Below are positions 45,346-54,793 of a stretch of DNA of 64,000 nucleotides, piece by piece. Where the stretch lies: the NCBI GenBank assembly GCA_964414555.1, contig CAYPWW010000003.1, forward strand, positions 59-64,058, read 5' to 3'. Under the pieces are notes generated by a model. It did not search any database and was not told where the DNA came from. It was given only the letters and a program-made list of their open reading frames with translations. Positions within the stretch are counted from its first letter, which is position 1. Every line of letters starts with the position of its first letter. Made by a program: the position numbers and the translations under genes. This DNA is from an uncultured Algimonas sp. GTDB lineage: Bacteria > Pseudomonadota > Alphaproteobacteria > Caulobacterales > Maricaulaceae.

Positions 45346-48300
45346 CCAATCTCGCCGTTGCCGGGGTCCAGATCGCGGGCAATGCGCTCGTCCAAGCGGG
45401 CACAGCCATTGCGGCCCAAACCGCGAGCCAGTTCATTTCCAATGCATTCGACACGCGGAACTTTCAGGGCCCACAGCTCGAGAGCTTTCATCTGCAAACC
45501 TCACGCGACGGCGCCCCGATGCCGCGCGTATTCGGACGGGTGCGGTTGGCAGGGCAGGTGATCTGGGCCAGCCATATGCGCGAAACATCCAGCGAGGAAC
45601 GCGTCGGCGGTGGAAAAGGCGGGCCAACTCAGACGAATTATAGCTATTCGATCAGTTTTGCGATTGGCCTGTGCGAAGGTGAAATCCTCGGCGTTGATCG
45701 GATTTGGGCGAATGGCGCGCCACTTGCCACGGACGGGCTGACGATCCGGACGCATCGCGGAACATCGGATCAGCCGCCCGATCCCGTAATTGCCGCCACC
45801 GAACCCGGTGCCGTGCCCGCCTTCCGGGATACGGCCTATATCGTCTTTGAGGACTTCCCCTTGGACAATTATGGGGGGCGCTTGCCACAGATCAATGTCG
45901 AGATCGTTCGCGCCGTTGGTACGCGGTCTGGACGGCTAGAAGAACTGGTCCGCTCGGTTTGCTTGCTGCCGGGATCGGGGGAGTTTGCCTATAGTTCGAC
46001 AATCGTTGAGGAACGCCCAACTCCCGGCCTGACGCGCCCCGTGAATATGAATAATATGAGCGGGCAGGCAGATTTGGAGCTCGCGCTAGACCAACTACAA
46101 GCACAGCTGCCGAATTGTGGAAATGTCTCAATCATCTCGGCTTGGTTTGGGAGTTCTCTTGCTTGCGGGGAGTGCGAAATCCGTCCGGGGGTTGAACGTC
46201 GTGAGCGTGTAACTCGTGGGATCAGTTGGCACGTCGGGCGCGATGATCGCGGCACGGCCTATCTGATCAGTCAGGATGCAGAAGGTCGCCCGAATTTTGG
46301 CGGCACCCCGTCGGATGAGAGTTTGATCTCGGCCATTCGTTCACTGCGTCAGCGCGGGTTGAGTGTGACGCTTTATCCGTTCCTTATGATGGATGCGGAC
46401 GGGTTTCCCTGGCGAGGGAGAGTCACGACGCAGGATCAAAGTGTGACAACGCGAGCGGATGTTGAGGTTTTTTTCGGGACGGCACAGGTTTCAGATTATA
46501 GCCTTGGTGCCGGATCTGATCACTATCGCGCCGATGACAATCGCTACCGGAATTTCATTCTCTCTCATGCGAATTTGGCGCGCCGCGCTGGCGGTGTTGA
46601 TCGCTTTATCATCGGCTCTGAGATGAAAGCGCTAACAACCTTGCGTGATCCAGCCGGAGCCTTTCCAGCCGTCGAACAGATGGCTGACTTAGCGGCGGAT
46701 GTGCGCGCCATTTTGGGCCAAGATACGGGTCTGACCTATGCGGCGGATTGGTCAGAATATTTTGGGTATCAGCCGCAAGATGGATCGGGTGATGTGTTCT
46801 ATCACCTTGATCCACTCTGGGCGTCTCCAGCGATTACAGCCGTCGGAATCGATGCTTATTTTCCACTGTCAGATTGGCGAGATGGGGCGCATCTGGATGC
46901 TGATAACTTTGAGACACCTTATGAATTAGATTATCTAATTGCGAACATTGAAGGTGGCGAAGGGTATGATTGGTATTACGCTAGTGATGCAGACCGCGAA
47001 GCGCAAAACCGATTACCAATTTCCGATTGGGTCTACCGCTATAAAGACTTACGGAACTGGTGGTCCCAGCCGCATTTCAATGTTGTAGACGGCGTTTCCA
47101 TCGCGACAGACTGGCAGCCTGAATCCAAACCTTTCTGGCTGACAGAGGTCGGTTGCCCTGCTGTTCGATACGGCGCGAACCAGCCAAATCTATTCTCTGA
47201 CGGGAAAAGTATTGAGAGTAATATTCCATATTATTCAGATGGTTCACGTGATGATCTCATGCAGCGTCGATACTTGGAAAGCCTTATTGGCTATTGGGCT
47301 GGTGCCCAGAACAATCCTGTGTCGATTGTGACAGGGGCACGGATGATCGATCCTGATGCGACGAGTGTTTGGGCGTGGGACGCGCGGCCCTTTCCAGACT
47401 TTCCAGCGCGAACAGATGTCTGGTCTGATGGCCCAAATTGGCAGACGGGTCATTGGATAAACGGGCGGACGGGATTGGTTCCGCTGGGCGATGTTTTGAC
47501 GGAACTCACGGAGGAAGCAGGACTAGAAGACATTGATGTCTCTCGCGTCACAGGCCTTGTTTCGGGCTATGTCATTGACCGCCCGATGCGAACGCGAGAC
47601 GCGCTCATTCCGCTCTTGCAAATTTATGACGTTGTCATGGCAGAAACTGCCGGACAGGTAGAATTTTTTGCACCTGATGCGAAGCCCATCTTCGATATAA
47701 ATCCGTCGGAATTAATTGTTGCGGATATGGGGGCGATCACCTTTGAGACAGAAGATGGATCAGCCAGTCTTCGCGATGCGCGTGTCGCTTTTATCGACGC
47801 TGGACGCGACTATCAGATTGGCTCCGTTTCTGCGCGAAACGATCTGGCCGCGACGGTGCGTGTTGCTGACATACGCGCGCCGCTGGTCATGGACATAGGT
47901 CATGCGCGGGCGGTTGCGAATCGTGTTCTCGCACAGAGCGAACCCGCGCGACACACTGCGCGCTTTGCCGTGCCGCCCTCGACGGCTCGCGCCTTGTCCG
48001 CAGGCGGACGTGTCCGGTTGCCGGATACGGACGCAACTTGGCAGATCACATCTATCCTGTCTGGCACACTGTCAGAGGTGAGTGCCATCCAACTGGCCGA
48101 GACCGCGTTTGCGAAAGATGTTTCAGGGCCGACACCTGTTATAACGGCCACACCCAGCTGGGTGTCAGAGCCGGCTGCTTTGGTTTTTGATCTGCCCGGA
48201 CGAGCGGGGCCTCATGTTGGTGCGCTGATGTCGCCATTCCGCCCGGCGAGCTTAGAGGCTGGCGGGCAAAGCGTGACGACAGAGACAGCTGTGAAAATTG

Positions 48301-48965
48301 GCGCGACACTCAGCCCGCTGACGTTTGCGCCTGTCACAGTATGGGACCACATGACGACTCTCGATATCTGGTTGCCGGATGCGACACTCGTTGCGCGACC
48401 CGCGGCAGATATACTCTCGCAAGGTAATCGTTTCGCGGTTGAGACAGCCAAAGGCTGGGAGATTATCGCGGCGGCAAATATAACGCTAATCGGGCCAGAG
48501 CAGTGGCGATTGCGGACACTCTTGCGCGGGTTAGATGGGTCAGATGATGCGCAGGTTGAAAGCCTATCGAGCGGGGCGCGGATTGTCTGGCTCGATGCGG
48601 GCCTTGAAACGCTCAGCTTGGATGCTGATTACATCGGTCAACCCATAGAGCTGTCCGTCGTGGCCGGAGGGCGAACAGGTATTCCTGCGCAATTCACCTA
48701 TGAGGCCGCGCACCGCCGACCGCTGTCGCCTGTGCATGCCGAGGTTAAACCAATTCAATCCGGCGTGCGCCTCTCATGGATAGGTCGAAGCGCGATAGAT
48801 CGCGATGATCCACGGACCTATCGGGTCCGTTGGTTGGAACAGGTTTTGGAAACATCCGAGACCGTGGTCGACCTTCCGCTCTCGCTCGGTCAGCAGACGT
48901 CTGTAGAGATTTCTGAGATTGATCCGTTTGTTGGACCAGGGCCTGCGCTGGAAATCTACGTCTAA
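45342..48965 (+). CDS. Baseplate multidomain 'megatron' protein with GTA TIM-barrel-like domain
   Basis: GAPMPRVFGRVRLAGQVIWA, LPGSGEF, IGSEM, YAADWSEY, WLTEVGCPAV, WAWDARPFP. Start ATG 45342. Confidence 0.93.
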   Translation: MTNLAVAGVQIAGNALVQAGTAIAAQTASQFISNAFDTRNFQGPQLESFHLQTSRDGAPMPRVFGRVRLAGQVIWASHMRETSSEERVGGGKGGPTQTNYSYSISFAIGLCEGEILGVDRIWANGAPLATDGLTIRTHRGTSDQPPDPVIAATEPGAVPAFRDTAYIVFEDFPLDNYGGRLPQINVEIVRAVGTRSGRLEELVRSVCLLPGSGEFAYSSTIVEERPTPGLTRPVNMNNMSGQADLELALDQLQAQLPNCGNVSIISAWFGSSLACGECEIRPGVERRERVTRGISWHVGRDDRGTAYLISQDAEGRPNFGGTPSDESLISAIRSLRQRGLSVTLYPFLMMDADGFPWRGRVTTQDQSVTTRADVEVFFGTAQVSDYSLGAGSDHYRADDNRYRNFILSHANLARRAGGVDRFIIGSEMKALTTLRDPAGAFPAVEQMADLAADVRAILGQDTGLTYAADWSEYFGYQPQDGSGDVFYHLDPLWASPAITAVGIDAYFPLSDWRDGAHLDADNFETPYELDYLIANIEGGEGYDWYYASDADREAQNRLPISDWVYRYKDLRNWWSQPHFNVVDGVSIATDWQPESKPFWLTEVGCPAVRYGANQPNLFSDGKSIESNIPYYSDGSRDDLMQRRYLESLIGYWAGAQNNPVSIVTGARMIDPDATSVWAWDARPFPDFPARTDVWSDGPNWQTGHWINGRTGLVPLGDVLTELTEEAGLEDIDVSRVTGLVSGYVIDRPMRTRDALIPLLQIYDVVMAETAGQVEFFAPDAKPIFDINPSELIVADMGAITFETEDGSASLRDARVAFIDAGRDYQIGSVSARNDLAATVRVADIRAPLVMDIGHARAVANRVLAQSEPARHTARFAVPPSTARALSAGGRVRLPDTDATWQITSILSGTLSEVSAIQLAETAFAKDVSGPTPVITATPSWVSEPAALVFDLPGRAGPHVGALMSPFRPASLEAGGQSVTTETAVKIGATLSPLTFAPVTVWDHMTTLDIWLPDATLVARPAADILSQGNRFAVETAKGWEIIAAANITLIGPEQWRLRTLLRGLDGSDDAQVESLSSGARIVWLDAGLETLSLDADYIGQPIELSVVAGGRTGIPAQFTYEAAHRRPLSPVHAEVKPIQSGVRLSWIGRSAIDRDDPRTYRVRWLEQVLETSETVVDLPLSLGQQTSVEISEIDPFVGPGPALEIYV

Positions 48966-49003
48966 GCCGTTGAAAACGCGCTTCAGCGCCTTAGATGTTA
49001 GGC

Positions 49004-49945
49004 ATGGCGAAAAACCCTTACACATTGCTCGGCGTGCCAAAATCCGCGACCGAGAAAGAGATCAAATCTGCGTATCGTAAACTAGCGAAAACGCTGCATC
49101 CCGATGTGAACCCAGGAGATGAGAAAAAGGCGGAGCGCTTCAAAGAAGTCACGGCCGCCTATAATTTGTTGTCGAACCCAGATTTGCGCGCGCAATATGA
49201 CTCTGGGCGTGTCGATGCGTCGGGTCAGCAGCAAAACCCCTTTGCGGGTGGTTTTCGTCACGCGAATGCGAGCGGCGGTATGAATACGGGGTTTGGTGGA
49301 TTTGGCGGCATGGGCGGCCAAGACGATATGGCCGACCTGTTTTCGTCCCTTTTCGGCATGAATATGGGCGCAGGCGGCGGTGGCTATCAACGGCGCCAGC
49401 AGCAACAACAATTTCGCCAACCTCCCCAGCAGGGTGAAGACATTCGCTATACACTCAAAATGAGCCTGGCAGACGCCCTGACAGGCGGGGTAAAAGACCT
49501 TGGTAAAGGCCTAAAAGTCAAATTCCCGAAGGGCATCAAAGATGGTCAAACGGTCCGGCTGCGCGGCAAAGGTCAACCCGGCGCAAATGGTGGCCCAGCC
49601 GGAGACGCGCGGGTGAAAATCTCTGTTCTGCCGCACCGGAACCTTTCTCGCGATGGAAATGACCTGAAACTCGATGTCCCGATTTCGCTATCAGAAGCTC
49701 TCAAAGGCACTGAGATCAACATCGACATGCCATCGGGTGCGGTCCCTCTGACAATCCCCCCCGGTACGAATAGCGGCAAGCGTTTTCGCTTGAAGGGCAA
49801 AGGCGTGAGAGCCAAAGACGGAACCGGTGACCTTTATGTAACGCCACAGATAAAACTGACGGATGGCGAGTTGGCGGGCGGCAGTGTGATCGCGGATTTA
49901 CTGCCAGATGGCGAGAAGCACGATCTTCGCAGAGGGTTGATCTGA
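49004..49945 (+). CDS. DnaJ-class chaperone lacking the zinc finger (CbpA-like)
   Basis: NPYTLLGV...YRKLAKTLHPD, G/F-rich region, GEDIRY, RLRGKG, GDLYV. Confidence 0.92.
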   Translation: MAKNPYTLLGVPKSATEKEIKSAYRKLAKTLHPDVNPGDEKKAERFKEVTAAYNLLSNPDLRAQYDSGRVDASGQQQNPFAGGFRHANASGGMNTGFGGFGGMGGQDDMADLFSSLFGMNMGAGGGGYQRRQQQQQFRQPPQQGEDIRYTLKMSLADALTGGVKDLGKGLKVKFPKGIKDGQTVRLRGKGQPGANGGPAGDARVKISVLPHRNLSRDGNDLKLDVPISLSEALKGTEINIDMPSGAVPLTIPPGTNSGKRFRLKGKGVRAKDGTGDLYVTPQIKLTDGELAGGSVIADLLPDGEKHDLRRGLI

Positions 49946-49963
49946 CAGATGCGTGAGGCGATA

Positions 49964-49979
49964 TTCAGATATTGTTCAG
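49964..49979 (+). promoter_or_regulatory. 11-bp-phased direct repeat upstream of PepSY/response regulator/kinase
   Basis: TTCAG-ATATTG-TTCAG, the geometry typical of OmpR-family sites. Confidence 0.45.
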
Positions 49980-50002
49980 GGGGCGCGGCGTAGAACGCCA
50001 AT

Positions 50003-50290
50003 ATGTTGAATAAACGACATATCTTTCGTGCGATTCTTGCCGCTACGCTGTCTATAGGCGCTGGCGCGAGTGCTTTTGCCGTGCCGCAAAGTCATTTTGT
50101 CATGCAGGCGCAAAGCAGTATCTCACCCGCGCAGGCGAAATCTATCGCACAATCACGAGTAAAAGGCGGCCAAGCCGTTGATATTAAACGCAGTGGCGAT
50201 ACTTATCGCGTGCGTGTTATCGCGCCGAACAATAAAATCGTCGATGTTTATATTGACGCCAACACGGGACGCGTCACAAAAGTAAAATAG
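50003..50290 (+). CDS. PepSY domain periplasmic protein
   Basis: Signal peptide; ISPAQAKSIA...YRVRV...VYIDANTGRV. Confidence 0.88.
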   Translation: MLNKRHIFRAILAATLSIGAGASAFAVPQSHFVMQAQSSISPAQAKSIAQSRVKGGQAVDIKRSGDTYRVRVIAPNNKIVDVYIDANTGRVTKVK

Positions 50291-50317
50291 TCCCGACGTT
50301 ACCTTCAAGGCTCCCCC

Positions 50318-50998
50318 ATGCGCATTCTTATCGTCGAAGACGACGCCGACCTTTCCCGTCAACTGAAAGCGACCTTCAAGGACGCTGGCTATGCTGTGGA
50401 TGTCGCCAGTGATGGTGAAGAAGGCCATTTTCTTGGCGATACCGAGCCCTATGATGCCGTCGTTCTAGACCTCGGCTTGCCCCTGATTGACGGTGTTTCC
50501 GTCCTTCAGAAGTGGCGCGCGGATGGAAAGACGTTCCCGGTCTTGATCCTGACGGCGCGAGATCAATGGTCTGAAAAAGTCGCCGGTTTTGATGCGGGCG
50601 CCGATGATTACCTGACAAAGCCGTTCCACACGGAAGAGCTGATGGCGCGCTTACGGGCGCTGCTACGCCGCGCGTCGGGTCATACGACAGATACGATTGA
50701 AATTGGAGATTTGCGCGTCGACAATCGCGCAGCCCGGGCCTTTGTCGATGGTCAGGCGATCAAGCTGACAAGTCACGAGTTTCGTCTGTTGTCCTACATG
50801 GCGGCGCATGAAGGTCGCGTGATTTCCCGTACGGAACTCGTCGAGCATATTTATGATCAAGATTTTGACCGTGATTCCAACACGATCGAAGTGTTCGTCG
50901 GTCGCTTGCGCAAGAAAATCGGGACCAGCCGTATCGAGACTGTACGTGGTCTTGGCTATCGCTTGCTGGACCCAGAAGCGGAAGCGCCTGCGACATAA
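50318..50998 (+). CDS. OmpR-family response regulator (FeuP/PhoP-like)
   Basis: ILIVEDD, LDLGLP, LTARD, DDYLTKPF, DSNTIEVFVGRLRKK, TVRGLGY. Confidence 0.93.
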   Translation: MRILIVEDDADLSRQLKATFKDAGYAVDVASDGEEGHFLGDTEPYDAVVLDLGLPLIDGVSVLQKWRADGKTFPVLILTARDQWSEKVAGFDAGADDYLTKPFHTEELMARLRALLRRASGHTTDTIEIGDLRVDNRAARAFVDGQAIKLTSHEFRLLSYMAAHEGRVISRTELVEHIYDQDFDRDSNTIEVFVGRLRKKIGTSRIETVRGLGYRLLDPEAEAPAT

Positions 50999-51001
50999 TA
51001 T

Positions 51002-52396
51002 ATGACGGGGGCGCCGCGATCACTCGTCAGCTCGCTTGTACGCGGGGCGGCACTTTGGGCGATTCCGGCGCTGGTTTTAGCCGCGCTGGCCCTGACTTGG
51101 GTCTCCCGTAGCTCAACATATCGTGGTTTTGATGAACCTCTAGAGGCGGCTGTGACGGGCCTTATTGCGTCCGTCGAAGTGCGCGAAGACGGGACGTTGC
51201 GCTTGTCGCGTGAACTGCCGGACCCGCGATATCAGCGCGCATTATCAGGTCGATATTGGGTCATGGGAATCCTCGGCGAAGGCGGAGAAATTCTGCCCGC
51301 TCTCTCCTCCCGCTCGCTTTATGGCGCGCGGTTTTATGTGAATGATAATGCAGAGGCTGCGCTAGCCGCCGTTACGGCTGAACCCGTCCGGTTTATTACG
51401 GCAGGACCGGATGTCGAAGCGGATGAGACCTTGCGCGTAGTTGCGCGACAGGTTGCATTTGAGGGCGTCACGGACCCTATTATCGTCGCGGCCGCAGCCG
51501 ACCGTCAGCCTGTGATCGAGTCGATCCGGACCTTGGTTCTGACGATGCTTAGTTTGATGCTCTTGGTCACGATTGGCCTGGTTTTCGCCGTTTATACGCA
51601 GGTGCGCTTGGGCCTGCGCCCGCTGTTTGATTTGCGGAACCGGATTGCAGATGTGCGGGAAGGGCGTGCGGCACAGGTCGACGGCTCTTACCCGCCTGAA
51701 ATCGCGCCGCTGGCGGGCGAGCTGAATAGCTTGATCGCGCATAATAAAAATATCGTGGAGCGTGCGCAAACCCATGTGGGTAATCTTGCCCATGCGCTGA
51801 AAACGCCCATCGCGGTTCTTCGCAATGAGGCCGCAGCTGGCAAAACCACAAATTCAGATGTCGTCTCTCGTCAGACTGAGAGCATGTCCGCGCAAGTGGA
51901 CCATCATTTGCGTCGCGCGCGGGCGGCTGCGCGGGGGCAAGCCATTGGTGTACGGGCGGATGTCGATCCTGTCGTGGATGGTCTGGTCCGAACACTGCCG
52001 CGCATTTACCGCGAGCGTGACCTGATCATCACGAAATCAGGCGAGACCGGTCTGCGCTTTCGCGGTCATCCGAGAGACCTTGAAGATATGGTCGGGAATC
52101 TGATGGATAATGCTGCGAAATGGACCCGCGGCAAGGTCGAGGTGGATATCCGACGCAGCGCGCCAAGCCAGTTTACGATCTCCGTCCGCGACTCAGGTCC
52201 GGGTCTAGAGCCTGAGCAATATGATGAAGCCCTCAAGCGCGGCGCTCGGCTGGATGAAGCTACGCCCGGCACAGGTCTGGGCCTGTCCATCGTCAGTGAT
52301 CTGGCGGAAGCCTATAATGGGTCTTTGGAACTAGGTCGGGCTAAGATTGGCGGTTTAGAGGCTGTTTTGCGTTTGCCCGCCGCACCAGACGGATGA
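51002..52396 (+). CDS. Sensor histidine kinase (FeuQ/PhoQ-like)
   Basis: Two TMs, HAMP (YPPEIAPL), LAHALKTP, NLMDNAAKW, DSGPG, GTGLGL. Confidence 0.93.
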   Translation: MTGAPRSLVSSLVRGAALWAIPALVLAALALTWVSRSSTYRGFDEPLEAAVTGLIASVEVREDGTLRLSRELPDPRYQRALSGRYWVMGILGEGGEILPALSSRSLYGARFYVNDNAEAALAAVTAEPVRFITAGPDVEADETLRVVARQVAFEGVTDPIIVAAAADRQPVIESIRTLVLTMLSLMLLVTIGLVFAVYTQVRLGLRPLFDLRNRIADVREGRAAQVDGSYPPEIAPLAGELNSLIAHNKNIVERAQTHVGNLAHALKTPIAVLRNEAAAGKTTNSDVVSRQTESMSAQVDHHLRRARAAARGQAIGVRADVDPVVDGLVRTLPRIYRERDLIITKSGETGLRFRGHPRDLEDMVGNLMDNAAKWTRGKVEVDIRRSAPSQFTISVRDSGPGLEPEQYDEALKRGARLDEATPGTGLGLSIVSDLAEAYNGSLELGRAKIGGLEAVLRLPAAPDG

Positions 52397-53043
52397 GCCA
52401 GCCGCCGCCCACTGCCTTAGAAGATCGTGACGTGCGGGATGGTCGCCTGTTCTCGCCCTCTGCGGGACGAAACAAAGAGGTCGTTTCAAGCGCCTTAGCA
52501 GACCTCCTTCCGCAGGCGGCGTGCGTTCTAGAGATTGCTAGCGGCACGGGCGAGCAGGGCATTGCGACCTGTCTCAAACGCTCTGATCTGCGCTGGCAGT
52601 TCTCTGACCCAGATCCAACCTCGCGCGAGAGCCAAGCGGCATGGATCGCGCATGAAAAGCTAGATCTGCCCGCACCCCTCAACATCAATACGAGCCAAAA
52701 CGAATGGACCGTGGGCTTGCCTCACCTCGACGCTATTTTCTGTGCAAATATGATTCATATCGCCCCGCTTTCCGCGACGGAAGGCTTGGCGGATGGGGCG
52801 AAGGAGAGGCTCGATGGAGAAGGTCTGCTGATCCTTTATGGCCCCTATCTTTTTGGCGAAGACAGCGCGCCGTCCAATTTGGATTTTGATCTCAGCCTAA
52901 AATCCCGAAATCCCGCTTGGGGGGTCCGATCTTTGGACCTCGTTAAGCATATCTTCGCACTACGCGGCTTTAATCTCGCAGAGCTCCGCGCCATGCCAAA
53001 GAACAACCATATTCTGGTGTTCTCTCAGGGCGGGACAAACTGA
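52393..53043 (+). CDS. DUF938 family SAM-dependent methyltransferase
   Basis: FSPSAGRNK, LEIASGTGEQ, CANMIHI, LYGPY, SNLDFDLSLKSRNPAWGVR, MPKNN. Confidence 0.9.
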   Translation: MSQPPPTALEDRDVRDGRLFSPSAGRNKEVVSSALADLLPQAACVLEIASGTGEQGIATCLKRSDLRWQFSDPDPTSRESQAAWIAHEKLDLPAPLNINTSQNEWTVGLPHLDAIFCANMIHIAPLSATEGLADGAKERLDGEGLLILYGPYLFGEDSAPSNLDFDLSLKSRNPAWGVRSLDLVKHIFALRGFNLAELRAMPKNNHILVFSQGGTN

Positions 53044-53064
53044 CGAAACATTGCGGTTTCGTCA
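53041..53064. promoter_or_regulatory. Perfect 9-bp inverted repeat upstream of degP
   Basis: TGACGAAAC-ATTGCG-GTTTCGTCA. Confidence 0.5.
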
Positions 53065-53126
53065 TGTTTTGGACAGCATTGGGTCATATCCACCCTTGCA
53101 GTCTGCAAAGTGAGGAAGGGTTAACC

Positions 53127-54764
53127 GTGTCCAAGATGAAGCTGACATTGCTGGGGTCCGTCATGGCCTTTGGCTTGGCCCCACAGGCCGTTGCGCAAGA
53201 CGCGACTTTGATTTTCGCAGATGCGGATCGCTATGAAGTCGTGCTGGATCAACCCACCCCCCAAAATGAATTTACACCTCTGCGCGATATGGGCGAGACG
53301 TCACCGCCGCCACCCGCAAATGATGTCACGCAAGAAGTGGGTCTTGGGTTGCCAGCCCCCATCCTAACGCCCCAGAGTGCGCCAGAGACAACACGCGAGA
53401 TTGCCCCACAAGCCGCGCCTGTTGCCGCACCTTCGATCACGCCTGGCACGAATATCATGGACATGCCGATCAACGCGCTGCCGTCGATCGCTGATCTCGT
53501 GGATCGGGTCAGCCGTTCGACTGTGAATATTATCGTGACGACGGATACGGGCGAGACCACATCCGAGGGCCAAGGCTCTGGCTTTGTCATCTCGAACCAA
53601 CGCGAAGTCGTGACGAATTATCACGTCATCGAAGGCGGCACGAACATCGACATCGAGTTCAATAACGGAACCCGAATGCCGGCCGAGATCATCGGCACAG
53701 ATGAAGAAACCGATCTGGCCTTGTTACGCTTGCAGACCAATGCGCCGATTCCGCATGTGGATTTTCATAGTGGTGAAGAGCTGCGCATCGGCGATTGGGT
53801 TGTTGCGATTGGTAACCCCTTTGGTATTGGTCAATCGACTTCATTGGGCGTGATTTCAGCCATTGGTCGCGAGCGCGTCGATAGCGGCTCTTACGTCGAT
53901 TATATCCAGACTGACGCCACGATTAACCGCGGGAACTCTGGCGGTCCGCTGTTCAATCTGAATGGTGATGTGATTGGCGTGAACTCGGCGATTTACTCCC
54001 CCACAGGCGCCAGCGTAGGGATTGCCTTTGTTATCCCGCATTACACAGCCGAAGAAGTCATCAACTCTATTCGTAAAGATGGTCGCGTGCGGCGTGGTTA
54101 TCTCGGCGCAGCCCTGCGGACGGCGGAATATTCGCTGGATGGACAGCCCGGTGTTTATAAGGGCGGGGCGACAATCACCTCGGCGCTTCCCGGTTCTCCG
54201 GCGCAAGTCTACGGGTTGCAAGTCGATGACATTATCCTGCGTATCAATAATACGGTCGTCAGAAACTCCGTCGAAGCGACTCGCGCCATTGCGGCTATCG
54301 CACCGGGACAAGTCGCGAAATTCTATTACGAGCGGGGCGAGAAACAATTCATGCTCGACGTGCAAATCGGCGAGCGCCCAGAGAAATATGAAATCCGCAA
54401 GGCCAGTGCCGAGAGCCAAGGCCTCCCGCCACCTCCACCGCCACAGGATATGTCAAAGCCCAAGGTCAATATCGACACTGGGCTGCACCTGCTGGACCTT
54501 TCGCCAGAGTTTCGCTCAGCTATTAACATGCGTGCGGACCAAGTCGGCGTCTATGTCGAGGCTGTCGATCCCGGCAGTCAAGCCGAGCAGGGCGGTTTTA
54601 AAATGGGCATGGTCCTGATGGAAGCTGACGGCCAGCCCGTCGCGGAAGTCGCAAAATGGAAATCCATCGTGTTGAATGCCAAGTCGGCACAGCAGGACGG
54701 GTTAGTCGTAAATGTCAGACGTAAAGATGGCACGGAAACCTATATGGTGCTCCCGTTGCTATAA
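53127..54764 (+). CDS. degP: DegP/HtrA serine protease with two PDZ domains
   Basis: GSGF..S, TNYHV, TDLAL, AIGNPFG, IQTDATINRGNSGGPL. Start GTG 53127 or ATG 53136. Confidence 0.93.
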   Translation: MSKMKLTLLGSVMAFGLAPQAVAQDATLIFADADRYEVVLDQPTPQNEFTPLRDMGETSPPPPANDVTQEVGLGLPAPILTPQSAPETTREIAPQAAPVAAPSITPGTNIMDMPINALPSIADLVDRVSRSTVNIIVTTDTGETTSEGQGSGFVISNQREVVTNYHVIEGGTNIDIEFNNGTRMPAEIIGTDEETDLALLRLQTNAPIPHVDFHSGEELRIGDWVVAIGNPFGIGQSTSLGVISAIGRERVDSGSYVDYIQTDATINRGNSGGPLFNLNGDVIGVNSAIYSPTGASVGIAFVIPHYTAEEVINSIRKDGRVRRGYLGAALRTAEYSLDGQPGVYKGGATITSALPGSPAQVYGLQVDDIILRINNTVVRNSVEATRAIAAIAPGQVAKFYYERGEKQFMLDVQIGERPEKYEIRKASAESQGLPPPPPPQDMSKPKVNIDTGLHLLDLSPEFRSAINMRADQVGVYVEAVDPGSQAEQGGFKMGMVLMEADGQPVAEVAKWKSIVLNAKSAQQDGLVVNVRRKDGTETYMVLPLL

Positions 54765-54793
54765 AACTTAAGTGAATCAAAGGGTGGGGGCCC

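Larger units (their letters stand above)
35306..48965 (+). mobile_element. RcGTA-like gene transfer agent head-tail cluster
   Basis: Order is small terminase, large terminase, portal, protease, capsid, adaptor, stopper, terminator, tube, chaperones, TMP, distal tail, hub, NlpC/P60, megatron. No integrase, replication or repressor genes. Flanked by housekeeping genes. Confidence 0.92.

Noticed and set aside
35306-48965. Prophage
   Set aside because: No integrase, att repeats, replication, repressor or lysis module. At about 13.7 kb with RcGTA gene order and intact housekeeping flanks, it fits a GTA.
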